Of a DNA stretch of 35,575 nt, positions 12,891 to 25,263 are shown piece after piece; positions within the stretch are counted from its first letter, which is position 1; each line of letters opens with the position of its first letter. The notes below the pieces were generated by a model. The model ran no database searches. It was given only the letters and a program-made list of their open reading frames with translations, and was not told the origin of the DNA. The position numbers and the translations under genes are program-made. The DNA is from Lama guanicoe (Eukaryota), in contig MU053557.1 in assembly GCA_013239625.1 (NCBI GenBank), positions 6,335,842 to 6,371,416 on the forward strand, written 5' to 3'.

Positions 12891-15500
12891 TTTCTACTGG
12901 ACTGTCTCCTGGAAACGAGCCCGGACAGATGAGTAAAGGGACAGCCCCATTTCATAACTGAGGGAACTGAGGCTCAGAGAGGGGGCAGGGAATAGCCCAA
13001 GGTCATAGAACTAGTAGCAGATAAGGGACTGAACTCAGAGAAGAGGGGAAAGTGCAGGCAGCAAAAAGAAATCATTGTGACTTCTGAATGAAGAGGTCAA
13101 ATAACTTAGGTCCCTAGATATGGTCTGTTGGGACAGGGTTATTCCAGGTTTGGTTTCCAGAGGAATTTTTCCTGCCAGGCCAGCACATCAAACTGGGGAA
13201 TGGCATGTCTCCTATCCTCCAAAAAAACAAAACCAAAAACTCAGACCCTTTTTTAAAGACTGATGTGAAGGTAATCCAGAAATAAGGTTTCAATCACCAA
13301 GGAGAAAGTTCTACGGAGGTATCCTCTCTAGTGGTGAAATAACAAAACAATCTATTTTTATACCTCTTTGTACCTGGACCAGGTTAAACCAAGGTGAGTA
13401 TTACATCCACAACTTCAGAAATCTTGGAAATTTCCCATGAGAGACTTCCAGTGAGGAGACTTACTGTGAGGAGCAGCAGAGGTATTGTGGAAGGAGCCTG
13501 GTCCCTGGACAAACCAGGGACTAAGACTCAAGGCTACTACTTAACTAGCTGTGTTATCTTGGGCAACATGTCTGCTTTACTGAGCCTCTGTAAGTCTTAG
13601 GAGGAATGATGTTTTGAAAGAACTGCCCCAAACACCTGTATCTTTATGTTAATCCCTGAATCCTCGAGCTTCCTGAGGATCTGCCCATTGATTTGTTAAG
13701 GGTTAAAGAGAAAAATTGCCGGAGAAAGAGGGTGGAGAGTCTCTGCATGCCTTTCTCTCTCCCTGTGGGTGTCAACATCGCTGACGGAGCACTGCACACC
13801 ACGGGCCTCCAATGATGGGCTTGTTTTGCAACTAGAACCAACGGGTCACTTTGAAATTTCTAACTAAAGGACTTAGGAAATGAGAATTCAACTTTGGGCC
13901 ACTCAGCAAACTTAATAATACAATGAGCTGTGTAAAACACTGGGCTGGGAGGCAGTACACCTAGGTTCTAGCCCTAAGTCCTTTGGTGACTTTGGAATGT
14001 CACTGTAGTCACTGCAGTTAGCTTCTGGGGACTGAGCTTAGTGGCTTCACTAAGCACACTTCGCACACTTCGCCTTCGCAGCCATCCTGGGAGGAGCGAA
14101 CTGTTATCTCACAGGGGAGAAATTAGAGTACCGAGAAGTTCCATCACTTGATCAGGCTGGTAAATAGCTAAAGTGGGAATTCAAACCCAGTACCCCATAA
14201 GTACCCATGACCCCATAAGTACCATGCTTACCCAACCTGTTTACTACCTCCCTCCAAGTCATAAGCAAGTTCTCACTTGCTTTATTTCTTTGATTCTTAA
14301 GTAGCTAAAACTGCCATCAAATCATGTTTTAGTTCAGGACATAAGAGCTAAGTGGTTCCTCCAAGACCCTGTGATTGAGAAATAAACTCAGCAGTGGATG
14401 GCCCCAAGGCCTGGAGACCTCACTCTCAGGACTGCAATTTCTAAACAAGCCCCAGGACTAGCCCTTGGGCAACAGAAGCACATTATAGTGCCAGTCACTG
14501 TGTCCACCCCTGAATTGTCCTGCAGGGTGGCAATGGAGAGGGGTTTGCCTGCCTCTTATAGTAACTGCCCCTCCTTGCTGCACACTGGCCCCCCCTCCCG
14601 CACAACCTTTCAGATTTAATTTCCACAGGCAACCTCCTTAAATTCACACTGCCACCAATTTATCCCTGTTTTGCAAAACGGAGGCATAGAGAAGGAAGGA
14701 GCAGAATCACAATGTGGACGCAAGTTTTCTTTCTACTGTACCGATGGTGTCAACATTTTCTTCTTAAAGTGCAGAACTTTATCACTATGCCAACCACCCC
14801 AACTATTTTTCCTCAGTGAACTAGCCATGCTGCCTGAGTGGTAGAAGCAAAGGAGGCGGGAGCCCGGTAGCTTGGCTCTCTTGCAGAAACCCTCTGAGTA
14901 CACCCCTCCTTGTTACGGTTAGAAAGCACTGTGAGGGATCCCCCGCTTCCCCTCAAACACAGACTCTTCCACATACTGCGCTTTAGACATTGTCACTGCA
15001 GTTCTCAATTGAAGTAGAAGCCCAGGGAACTGCAGGAAAGAGGCAAGGAAGAGGAAATGCTTGGGTACCTGTGGTTTTAGCTCAAGTGTCACCTTCTCTT
15101 CCAAGAAGCCAGGGATTCTGCCCCCCCTCCCCAACATTATTAGAGTTGGCCAGGAACAAATCTGACTCCAGGGCTATACCTCAACTAAAAACAAACAGAC
15201 TCTAGAGCCACCACTAGATTCCAGCCGCCATCCTGCCAATGAGCCAGTGCATGTCCTTGGGTAATTTGTCTTAGGTTCACCACCTGCACGAGTTGGAGAG
15301 TGGATCACTATATCCTAAGGGCTTTCTGGTAGTCTTCCCTTCTGCCTCTTTAAGCTCTCAACTTGATTCAGCCTCTGACTGTATCTTTTGAGGCTCCTGC
15401 ACGATGGCTTGTGGGCCAGACACACCCACCTTGGGGTTTTCGCCACTGCAAGCTTCCAGGCTGGAAGGCAGAAATGAGGATGGCAGAAAAAAGCACTCAC

Positions 15501-15664
15501 GTTATGCCCTTCGTCGTTTCCAAGCCCGGCGACTCTGAAGGGCTCCCATCCAAGAAACCGGAGTCCTTGTTCTGCAGCTTCTCGGCACTTTGGGGAGGGG
15601 ACTTGAGGTCCATTTTGAGGTCAACAGCTCCTGGGGGACCCTCAGCACTCTTTGTCTCGGGCAT
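15501..15664 (-). CDS. SLC36A2: SLC36A2 (PAT2) coding exon 1, 164 nt
   Basis: ATG at 15664 in gcagtcATGc context; translates MPETKSAEGPPGAVDLKMDLKSPPQSAEKLQNKDSGFLDGSPSESPGLETTKGI(T), resembling the mammalian SLC36A2 N-terminus; ends at AC|GTGAGT donor. Confidence 0.95.
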
Positions 15665-15830
15665 GACTGCTTCAGAAAGACAGGGCTCCCGGCTATGGTC
15701 AGGGGTCTGCACTGAGCAGGAAGGTGTCTAGTCAGGTGCAAACTCCAGCTCAGCGGCTTGTGCCTTAGCAGGCTCTGGCCAAGCTAGAATGAAGCCCCGC
15801 CCACCTCCCCCGGAGGGTGCTCCTCCTGCC
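15665..15830 (-). promoter_or_regulatory. SLC36A2 5'UTR/proximal promoter with GC box
   Basis: Directly upstream of the ATG; GTGGGCGGGG Sp1/KLF-type box at about 15795-15804; no clear TATA box. The TSS cannot be placed from sequence. Confidence 0.5.
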
Positions 15831-15949
15831 TGAAGAAGCCCAGTGGAAGAGGATCACTCATCAGCAGGAGGAGAGGAAGGGAGGGTTTTGGGAAAGTAGT
15901 CATCCATGTTTACCTAATACAGTAATGGCAACAGCGACTACAACACTGA

Positions 15950-16145
15950 TCATTTTAATAACTAATATTTATTAATCACTTCACTAAGGGATAGACACTC
16001 TTCCTAAGTGCTTTACCTTTATTTTCTCATTTAATCCTGTACATTAAATGATGAGGAAATCAGGCTCTGAACTAAATGGATCTGCCTAAGCTAGAAAGTG
16101 CCAGAGTAAGGACGATAGCCCAGTGCATCAGGCTTTTTAACCAAT
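15950..16145 (-). mobile_element. MIR SINE
   Basis: ctaagtgctttacc...ctcatttaatcct...atgaggaaatcaggct. Confidence 0.65.
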
Positions 16146-16674
16146 GCCCTATTTCTGCCTCTAAGAAACTATCTACACACCCCCACCTCCTTATTCAACC
16201 CAGGACAGGGGCTCCACTTCTCACTGGCTGTGTATTTGTTGTAAGGCATCCTCTGGGAGCTCCCCTTTCTTAAGCTGGAAAAAAAGGAGCACTTACTCAC
16301 CTCTAACTGCTTCTTAGCTTCTGTGAGGCTCCAGGGAGAGAGGAATGGGGATTCTTTTGGGAAGGGGAGGAGAGGCAGAGATTGTACAACCCCTAGCCAC
16401 ACTTCACTGGGTAGGATGCTGGCATCAGGAGAGGCTGTGATCTGCCTAAGGTCACATGTGACAGTCAGGATAGAACTCTGCAGCTAAAGAAGGTTTTGGA
16501 GGTTTCTCTAGTGTTCCATTCTCTGTCATTATCTCTACTTCAGTGACAGATGAATGGGCCAAAATTTCCTCCTCCTTCAAAATTATAGCATTTTACTCAA
16601 GCCATACCACTCCCCGTACCATTATCCCATGTGCCATGAGCTTTACTTAAATGATCTCACAACTAACTGGTAGC

Positions 16675-16860
16675 AACTGAGATAGATTTGCCTGAGTCCC
16701 TCCCTTACATGGGGCCCTTTCCAAGGTCCTCCAGGCAATTTTGAATTTGTAATTTTGTATTCTTTTTCTTAAAGAGGCCCTCTCCACCCCTTACTCCTAC
16801 CCACAACCTCATTCCCAGGGTATAAGCTTCAGACCCCATAAAGCCTGTCTACTTTTCTGG
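16675..16860 (-). mobile_element. MER53-like hAT DNA transposon
   Basis: gtaattttgtattctttttcttaaagaggccc...tataagcttcagacccca matches the recalled MER53 reverse complement. Confidence 0.7.
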
Positions 16861-18284
16861 GTAGCACTGTTATTTTGTTTTCACACATGTGGAAACCGAG
16901 GCTCGGGGAAGTAAACAATAGTTTGCTTAAGGCCACAACAACTCCTTCGCAGAGCCCAAACTCTGCCCTTGTCATATCTTTCTATCTCTGAAGCCTGTAG
17001 CTTTGACCACTACACTGACCCCCAGGTTTGAATACTGGCCCCACCCTTCAAGTTTCTTACCCTGAATCAACGGAAACACTGCGGTTTGAGAAAAATCCTC
17101 TATTCACTTGTCTGGCACCATTACGTGGCAGTATTTCTGGCCTGAGGGGAGGCAAGATGCATCCTCTGGCCTGTTTATTCACAGCGTTGAGAGTCCATAA
17201 TGCAATTCTAATCTCAGATCTCATCCAACTGACAGGTCTTTGTTCTGGCTGAGGCAACAAGATTGGTCAATAAGATTGTCAAGGATCTTGAGATGTTTAG
17301 GTATAAGGCTAGTTCTTGTTTCCTCTCCAGTTGTGAGAAGACCCCAAGTTAATCTTCAAACCTTTGGGAAAGGGTTTGCTGGAATATCAGAATTTTGCTG
17401 GGGTCCTTTCCAGATATCAGGTAAACGAATACTTGCAGGGCACTGCCTGCAGACTTCCAACTTGTACCACCTGTCCGCAGGCAGGGGGACATCCTCCAGG
17501 GTGGGAGCCTCCAGATAAGCCCTTCTAACACTGGCCCAAGCATCTGTGGCTCTGGGTTCCACCACGGCTCTACTGTGAAGCTGATGTGACCCTAGGAAAG
17601 GTATTGCTCCTCTTTCCCCCTTGCTGGGACACAGGCACTAGGTTATAGAAGACTTTTGAAGAACTGAAGCCCCCAGGGCCTGCGCTTTTCATTGTCAATG
17701 GATGCTGAGATACAGGCCTAGCTTCCCTTGGGGCACAAGCAACTTATGTAAGGACTGCCTAAACTGCTTGACATCTGCACAGACAGTGGAACAAATGGGA
17801 TTTTAATCATGATAATCTTTTATCATCCTTTAGAATAACTAGGGAGCCTTGTCTTTTTTTCTTTTTTTCTTTAACGGCAGTTTGGAAAGTTGGTGTGTTA
17901 TCAGAACCATCTGGGAAGATAATAAAGCACAGAGAGACCCAGACTCACTGAAGTAGGAAGAATTTGGGCCTTTTTGTTTTTACTACATTCCCTAGGTGGT
18001 TCTGATACTGGCCAGAGTTTGAGTTCTAGTATTCTGGGGAGTAGGAGGACTTGCCCACTCTTTAATAGATACCCGAGGCAGAGATCTGGGGAATGCTTTG
18101 CCTGAGGTGGTATAATCTATAGAGATGAACACAAGTACTCTTTTGGGCTGGAAGTTAGGGACTTCAGAAACAACAATGCAACCAATACATGAGTGAAATT
18201 TATTACCTTATCCTTGTTCCCTCAGGCACCTTTTCATTGCCTGTGGCTGTTTACTGTGGTTCTCCCATTGCCTAGGTAATAATT

Positions 18285-18480
18285 CTAATACTAACTCACT
18301 TGTGCCTAGCTTTAGACTAAGTGTGTTACATAAGGTAGGCACTATTAATTATCCTCACTTTATAGATGAGGAAACCCAGGCTCAGAAAGTTTACTTCACT
18401 CGCCTAAGGTGACCCAGTTAGTATTAGAGGCAGAGCTCTGATTTGAATTCAAGCCTCTGAAGCTGTAGTTTAGTTATCCT
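18285..18480 (-). mobile_element. MIR SINE
   Basis: tttatagatgaggaaacccaggctcagaaag...gcctaaggtgacccag. Confidence 0.75.
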
Positions 18481-18629
18481 GTTCCCCTACTATGCCTAAT
18501 GCATAGTAGAAACTCCAAAATTAAAAAACAAAAACAAAAAACACTCCCATGTACATAGCTTATGTGGTTCAAGACTTTGGGGTTTCATGCATCAATCAAA
18601 TTTCCAAATGAATTTTAGAGACTGGCATT

Positions 18630-19084
18630 TGAAAACAAAAGATGTTGTCTGTCATTCTGGTAAACAAAGAGTAGTGCCTGTCATTCCCTTTCTACAACCT
18701 CAAGCCGATCAAGTCAGTTGCCGACTGATACTGACAGTGCGCCCTGAGGGGAATTCTGTGCTTTGGATACTGGCCCTAGGTAGTTAAGATGCTTATCTAA
18801 GGAATAACTTCAATGAACCCAAATTCTTGTACCTTCCCATACAAATAAAAGCACTACAACTTTTAACTTGAGATATGTGTTCCTTGTGATTAGTAGTGGT
18901 CTTTTGATGTTTGTTTGTATTTTTTCCCAGCAAAAAACTCATATATCCTGGTTCCACCCTTACCTCTTCGGAGCACTTCCTCAGAGGTATCTGAGGCTGT
19001 CTCCTGGGCTATAGTCCTCAGTAAGTTCCCCAAATAAAACTTAACTCACAAGTTTTATGTTGTGCAATTTTCTTTCAGTCGACA
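18630..19084 (+). repeat. 5' LTR
   Basis: Starts TGAAAACAAAAG and ends CAGTCGACA; AATAAA near 19033; shares blocks with the 3' LTR (tatctaaggaataa, ggagcacttcctcagagg, cagtaag). Confidence 0.88.
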
Positions 19085-19088
19085 ATTC

Positions 19089-19106
19089 AGGTGACTATGA
19101 AGGGAT
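19089..19106 (+). other. Decayed tRNA-Arg primer-binding site
   Basis: AGGTGACTATGAAGGGAT vs TGGCGACCACGAAGGGAC: 13/18 matches, most differences C>T; 4 nt after the LTR end. Confidence 0.65.
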
Positions 19107-19265
19107 CCAGAGCAGACTTTTCTCCTTTGTCTGAGCTCAATGAGGATCCAGAATCTTGATACTAACAGCAGCCCCTTGTGCCTGTCTGCTCCTTGGTGAG
19201 TCCAGACGAAATTTAGGTGAGCCTCTTTGGTATTGGATTTCACTTTATTGGCTGATGACCCTAAC

Positions 19266-19350
19266 TTTTATTTGGTGGTGGATAAACTCTTTGTTTTTAT
19301 TTGGTGGTGGATAAACTCTTTGTTTTTATTTGGTGGTAGATTAACTCTTT
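19266..19350. repeat. 29-bp tandem repeat, about 3 copies, in the ERV leader
   Basis: Unit ttttatttggtggtggataaactctttgt; two exact copies plus one diverged copy. Confidence 0.9.
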
Positions 19351-19878
19351 CAAGGTTTTTCTTGAAATTAGTTTCAAGAAGTGGTACCTGGGTTATCCAG
19401 TTAAAAAAAAACTCTAAGTAAGTTCGTATTGGGTGATTAGGTAGGAGACTGGCCTGTTGTTTCCCTTAAATTGGCTACTTTAATAGAATTTGTCAGAATT
19501 AAAGTGAAAATAAAGCATGAGAGTTTTCAGCTCCAAAGAGGAAAAGGGACATCTCCTCCTGGCCAGCAACTGCTTTCTCAGGCAACTGAGAAACTTGCAG
19601 GAGTGGTGGAGGCAAGTTCTCATTCCCTGTAGCAGCCCCACAGAGAAACCCACTCATTTTATTAAGAAAACTTGCTTGTTCAGGGACCACACATAAAAGC
19701 TGGCCACTCAGTGATGTGAGCACCTATGACGATTTTAAACTGCCAGAGGGAGAAATCAAGACATATAATACAGCTGAAACAATTCTTGGATGACATGTAG
19801 ATGAATTAAGCTCACAAACAGCACAGTGACCCATCACACAATCATTACTAGCAGTTTTATCTTGACAAACCAACCAGA

Positions 19879-20220
19879 ATGGGAAACAAAGCTTTCAAAA
19901 TTAAAGAAAGAGGAGTAATAGGTTACCAGCCTTCAACTAACACCCCAGCCAGGTTCATGTACATTACTTATAGAATTTACACTTGCAAATACTTACTTAT
20001 TTTGGAAAATTACACTAAGGGAGATCTCAACCTAAAATGGCCAACTTGGGGTTTTTTTAGACATTCCAAAATTAATTTTTGTGTGTGTCCACAGCTAGAG
20101 AAAGCTGGCCATAAGATCAAACAGACTGAATAGAATGCTTATTTTGATTGGTATTTAGAAACTTCTAAAAGAGGAAATGATAAAGTAACTTCTTTGCAGG
20201 AAATCAACCCAAAAATTGCT
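19879..20220 (+). pseudogene. ERV gag (matrix) remnant
   Basis: MGNKAF...TPARFMY...CKYL...LKWPTWG...LEKAGHKIKQTE*NAYFDWYLETSKR; myristoylation-type MG start in the expected position after the leader; in-frame TAG at 20131. Confidence 0.65.
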
Positions 20221-20894
20221 TGAAACAATATCAGAGTTTATAAAAAAGCTGCTAGTGTTAACCTTGCCTCTCCCTCTGCTACTCCCTCATAACTGCCTGA
20301 CCCAGATGCTCTCTCTTCTGTCACCTTCACCTTCTGCTGTTTCCCTCAGCCCCTGCCAGTAAAGGAGGAACTTGCACTTCTCTCCTTGTGCCTCTAAGAT
20401 GTAAATGTTCTAACGGATCTTCTTAGCATTTTGTTCTGTGTTTTGAGAGTCTGTCCTCTACCATCCAGAAGGTACATTCAAAAAGACTAGGATTCCGAAC
20501 AGTCTTTTTATCTGGCTGTGCCAACTCTCAAGGAATTTTATCTTAAGGGGTCCCAGTGGATAAGAGGTCTTTTGTCATCTCAACATTTGTTGCATCACCT
20601 GTACACTGAAGGCCTTTACTTTCTTAGACTTTTTTGGGAGAAACTTTCTAGATCTTGTAAAGGCTGCATCTTTTGTACTCTCTTTTGTGAATGCATCTTG
20701 TATCTTGAATGGTTTGAGTTGCTATTAAAATACTATTCGCCAACAGCTAGACAAATGGATCCTTTAAGTTGGAGAAACTTCTAAATTAGTGATTTTTTAA
20801 GAGAACTCTCTTACAAATAGCTGTTTTTTATTGGTAGCTATTAAAAGACCAAATTAGAAGGTGTATACAAAAAATATAACAGTTAACCGTTATA

Positions 20895-23888
20895 CTTTGG
20901 TAACCATAAGTTTGCTTTCTATGTATGTGAGTCTGTTTCTGTTTTATAAATAAGTTCATTTGTGTCATTTTAAAAATTCCACACATAAGTGATATCATAT
21001 AATATTTGTTTTCCTCTTTCTGATTTACTTTACTTAGATAATCTCTAGGTCCATCCATATTGTGGAAAATGGCATTATTCCATTCTCTTTTATGGCTGAG
21101 CAGTATATATGCCACAACTTCTTTATCCAATCATCTGTTGACGGACATTAGGTTGATTCCATGTCTTGGCTATTGTAAATTGTGCTGCTATGAACACGGG
21201 GGTGAATGTATCTTTTCAAATTAGTCTTCTCCAGATCTTGATATGCCAAGATGCAGAATTGCTGGATCATATGGTAAGTCTGTTTTGAGTTTTTTAAAGA
21301 ATCTCCATACTGTTTTCCACAATGGCTGCACCAAACTACATTCCCACCAACAGTGTAGGAGGGATCCCTTTTCTCCACACCCTCTCCAGCATTTATCTTT
21401 TGTGGACTTTTTAATGATGGCCATTCTGACTGGTGTGAGGGGATACCTCATTGTAGTTTTGATTTGTATTTCTCCGATAATTAGTGATATTGAGCATCTT
21501 TTCATGTGCCTATTGGCCATCTATATGTTTTCATTGGAGAGATATCTGCTTAGGTCATCTGCCCATTTTTCGATAGGGCTGTTTGGTTTTTCCTTATTGA
21601 GTTCTATGAGCTGTTTGTACATTTTGGAACTTAAGCCCTTATCAGTCACATCACTTATCATTTGCAAATATTTTCCCCTGGTGTGTACACTGTTTTTCAT
21701 TTTGTTTATGGTTTCCTTTGCTGTGCAAAAATATAAGTTTAATTAGGTCCCATTTGCTTATTTGCTTTTATTTCTGTTGCCTTGGGAGACTGACCTAGGA
21801 AAACATTCTTAAAATTTTTGTCAGAGAATGTTCTATGTTCTCTTCTAGGAGATTTATGGTGTCCTTTCTTATGTTTAAGTCTATAAGCCATTTTGAGTTT
21901 ATTTTTGTGTATGGTATGAGGGAGTGTTCTAACTTCACTAATTCATACACAGCTGTCCAGCTTTCCAAACACCACTTGTCAAAGAAACTGTATATTTTCT
22001 CCATTGTATATTCTTGCTTCCTTCTCAAAGATTAATTGACCATAGGTGTCTGGGTTTATTTCTGGACTCTGTTCTCTTCCAATGATCTATATGTCTGTTT
22101 TTGTGCCAGTACCATGCTGTTTGGATTACTGTAGCTTTGTAGTATATTCTGAAGTCTGGGAAGGTTATGCCTCCAGCTTCACTCTTTTTCTTCAGTATTT
22201 CTTTGGCAATTTGGGGTCTTTTGTGATTCTATATAAATTTTAGAATTATTTGTTCTAGTTCTGTGAAAAATGTCTTGGTTAATTTGATAGGAATCACATT
22301 AAATCTGTAGATTGCTTTGGGTAGTATGACCATTTTAACAATATTAATTCTTTCAATCCAAGAGTGTGGGGTATGTTTCCATTTCTTTAAATCACCTTTA
22401 ATTTCCTTTATCAATGTTTTATAGTTCTCAGTATATACATCTTTTACCCCCTTAGTCAGGTTTATTCCTAAGTATTTTCTCTTTTTGATGTGATTTTAAA
22501 AGGGAGTTTTTTTTTTTAACTTTCCTTTTCTGATATTTCATTGTTAGCGTAAAGAAATGCAACGGATTTCTCTATGTTAGTCTTGTATCCTGCTACCTTC
22601 CTGAATTCATTTATCAGCTGTAGTAGTTTCTGTGTGGAGTCTTTAGGGTTTTCTATATATAGTATCATGTCATCTGCATATAGTGACAATTTTACCTCTT
22701 CCCTTCCAATGTAGATGCCTTTTATTTCTTTTTCTTGTCTGATTGCTATGCTAGGACTTTCAAAACTATATTGAATAGAAGCTGTGAGAGTGGGCATCCT
22801 TGTCTTGTACTAAATTTTAGTGGGAAGGCTTTCAATTTTTCAGCGTTGAGTATTGTGCTGGCTGTAGGTTTGTCACAAATAGCTTTTATTATGCTGAGAT
22901 ACGTTTCCTCTATACCCACTTTGGTGAGAGTTTTTATTATGAATGAATGTTGAATTTTATCAAATGCTTTTTCCGCATCTATTGAAATGATCATGTGGTT
23001 TTTGCCCTTTTTTTTGTTGTTGATGTGGTGTATCACATTGATTGATCTGCATATGTTGAACCATTCTTGATTCTGGGATTAATCTGAATTGATCATAGTC
23101 TATGATCTTTATTATGTGTTGTTGGATTTGGTTTGCTAATATTTTGTTGAGAGTTTTTGCTTCTATATTCATCTGAGATTTTGGCCTGTAATTTTCTTTT
23201 TGGGTAGTGTCTTTGTCTGGTTTTGGTATCAGGGTGATGGTGGCTTCATAGAATGGGTTTGGAAATGTTCCTCCCTATTCAATTTTCTGGAAGAGTTTGA
23301 AGAGGATAAGTATAAGTTCTTCTTTGTATGTTTGGCAGAATCCCCAGTGAAGCTATTCTGTCCTGGACTTTTGTTTGCAAGGATTTTTTTTGTCTTTTCC
23401 ATTTCAGATTCTCTTTCACTTCTAGTGATTGGTCTGTTCAAATTATCTACTTCTTTTTGATTCAATTTTGGTAGACTGTATGTTTCTAGAAACTTGTCTA
23501 TTTCTTCTAAGTTGTCCAATTTGTTGACATATAATTGTTCATAGTATTCTTTTCTTTTTTCTTGGTATCAGTTGTACTTTCTCCTTTTTCATTTCTTACT
23601 TTGTTTATTTGTGTTCTCTCTTTTCTTCCTAGTGAGCCTGGCCAGAGGTTTGACAATTTTGTTTACTCTTTCAGAAAACCAGCTGTTGGTTTTATTGATT
23701 CTTTCATTTCTGTTTTATTTATTTCCTTCCTGATCTTTATTATTTCCTTCCTTCTACTGACTTTAGGTTTTGTTTGTTCTTCTTTTTCTAATTCTTTTAG
23801 GTGGTAGGTTAGATTGTTTATTTGAGGTATCTCTTGTTTTCTGAGGAAGGCCTGTATCACTATGAACTTCCCTCTTAAGACTGCTTTT
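20895..23888 (-). mobile_element. L1 (cetartiodactyl-type) ORF2/3'UTR fragment nested in the ERV
   Basis: Broken ORF2 pieces: [32 protein letters not shown] (RT), [28 protein letters not shown]; many frameshifts. Confidence 0.95.
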
Positions 23889-25118
23889 TTCCCTTAAATT
23901 AAGAACTCTTTTAATTTAAAACAAACAAACAAACAAATCTGATTTGGGAAGTCTTATTTGTAGTCTTGGTTTCCCCTCAAAGGGTCTTACAGATGCTAAT
24001 AAAAACATTAGATTAATTAATGTTAATTAGGTTGATTAACAGGGGACTAAGAAGAAGCTGAGGGGAAAGTCAAGAGACTTCTTCCCAAAAAGGTGAAACT
24101 TTTAAGACTACTCTTCCCAACAGTATGGAAGGCTTTAGATGGTTATTAAGAAATAGAATAAGTAAAGTGGATATTGATGGCGTTAAAACAAAGGTTTTGA
24201 TACAACATCACCCAAAGCTGGATGGGCCAAAGGGACTCCCTATTGGTCACGCCAACGTTAAAAGGATGAAAGAAGTCTACTCTATTTACCTCTAATTAAA
24301 AAAAAAAATGTATAAGGCTGGAAGAAAATTACACAGAGATACTTGATAAGCAATTGCTTGGGAGCAACAGTTAGACTAATTAATCAGGTTAAAGACTGAC
24401 AAAAGGGCCTGAGCCTCTTGGCTCAATCCTTCCCCAGGAACCCCAAAGCCTTTTATACAAAAATGGATAAAATGGCTGGGGGATAAAAGGGAAAGTTTCT
24501 GGGACTCCAAGCCAAGATTTGTTGATTGGGTCCTAAGGGAAGCTAAAGTTAAAGGTATGAGTTGATACAATTGAGATAAAAGTCTATAAAAATTGGTGTA
24601 TTTGAATAGGCTTATATAAGATGGTTACATCTCTTTGCTTAATTATTTTACAGAATAGACATTATGTCTCACTGGGGAATACTTTCCCTGCCTGGTATTA
24701 TAAGACAAGGCTTATAAATCCATCTCCAAAGCAATATTAATTAAAATACTAAAATACCAAAAGAAACCACCAGAGTTACCTGAGCCCACACAACATGAAG
24801 TAAAAACTGGGGGTTAATATTCAGGGGCTAGGAAAAGTAATAATGGAGATTTTTTTTGCCCCTAGGGTAAATTGCTCTGGATTTAACTTGTGTACTCAGA
24901 AAAAGGGCCTTTTGTTGAATGCTTTGTGCAAACTTCTGAAAAGACATGATAAACTGAATCCTAAATTCTAGAACATAGAACTCTTGGTTTCCGGTTTAGT
25001 TGGAAATCTTGTCACTAATTAAAAAGCAAATTAAGGAAAATGTATTTGGGCAAATCAATCTTTTGATATTATTTAGGTGGCATGCCAGTTCTTTGGGGGA
25101 TTAAAAGCAACTGTCTTT

Positions 25119-25263
25119 TTTGTTTGTTTGTTTGTTTGTTTTGTTTTCCAGACGGAGGCCATTAGGTTTCCTTATTTATTTTTGATGGAGGTACTGGAGA
25201 TTGAACCTAGGACCTCATGCATGCTAGGATCCACTCTACGACTGAGCTATACCCTCTCCCCCG
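25119..25263 (-). mobile_element. tRNA-derived SINE (camelid Vic-1-like) nested in the ERV
   Basis: Minus strand reads GGGAGAGGGTATAGCTCAGTCGTAGAG (A box)...GGTTCAATCTCC (B box), then an A-rich (CAAA)n tail; TSD aaaagcaact(g/a)tcttt at 25103-25118 and 25264-25279. Confidence 0.85.

Noticed and set aside
14054..14225. Short local repeats (cacacttcg x2; accccataagtacc x2)
   Set aside because: Simple slippage duplications in MIR-like DNA; no repeat-spacer architecture, so not CRISPR-like.
15665..15712. N-terminal extension of SLC36A2 suggested by the ORF track (MQTPDHSREP...)
   Set aside because: It starts at GTG, not ATG; the ATG at 15664 matches the known protein start.
17356..17480. Minus-strand cag|G TGG TAC AAG...tgccctgca faintly resembling SLC36 exon 9 (LYQSVK...YALQFYV)
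   Set aside because: Only a few scattered nucleotide matches, no sustained protein similarity and no matching exon length.
21243..21746. 167-aa plus-strand ORF
   Set aside because: Antisense reading of L1 ORF2, a common artefact.
24130..24700. Possible capsid/protease remnants in the ERV (WLLRNRISKVDIDGVKTKVL...)
   Set aside because: Plausible but too fragmented to delimit or assign without an HMM search.
25180..25262. tRNA gene candidate
   Set aside because: Has an A-rich tail and TSD and a degenerate cloverleaf; it is a SINE.
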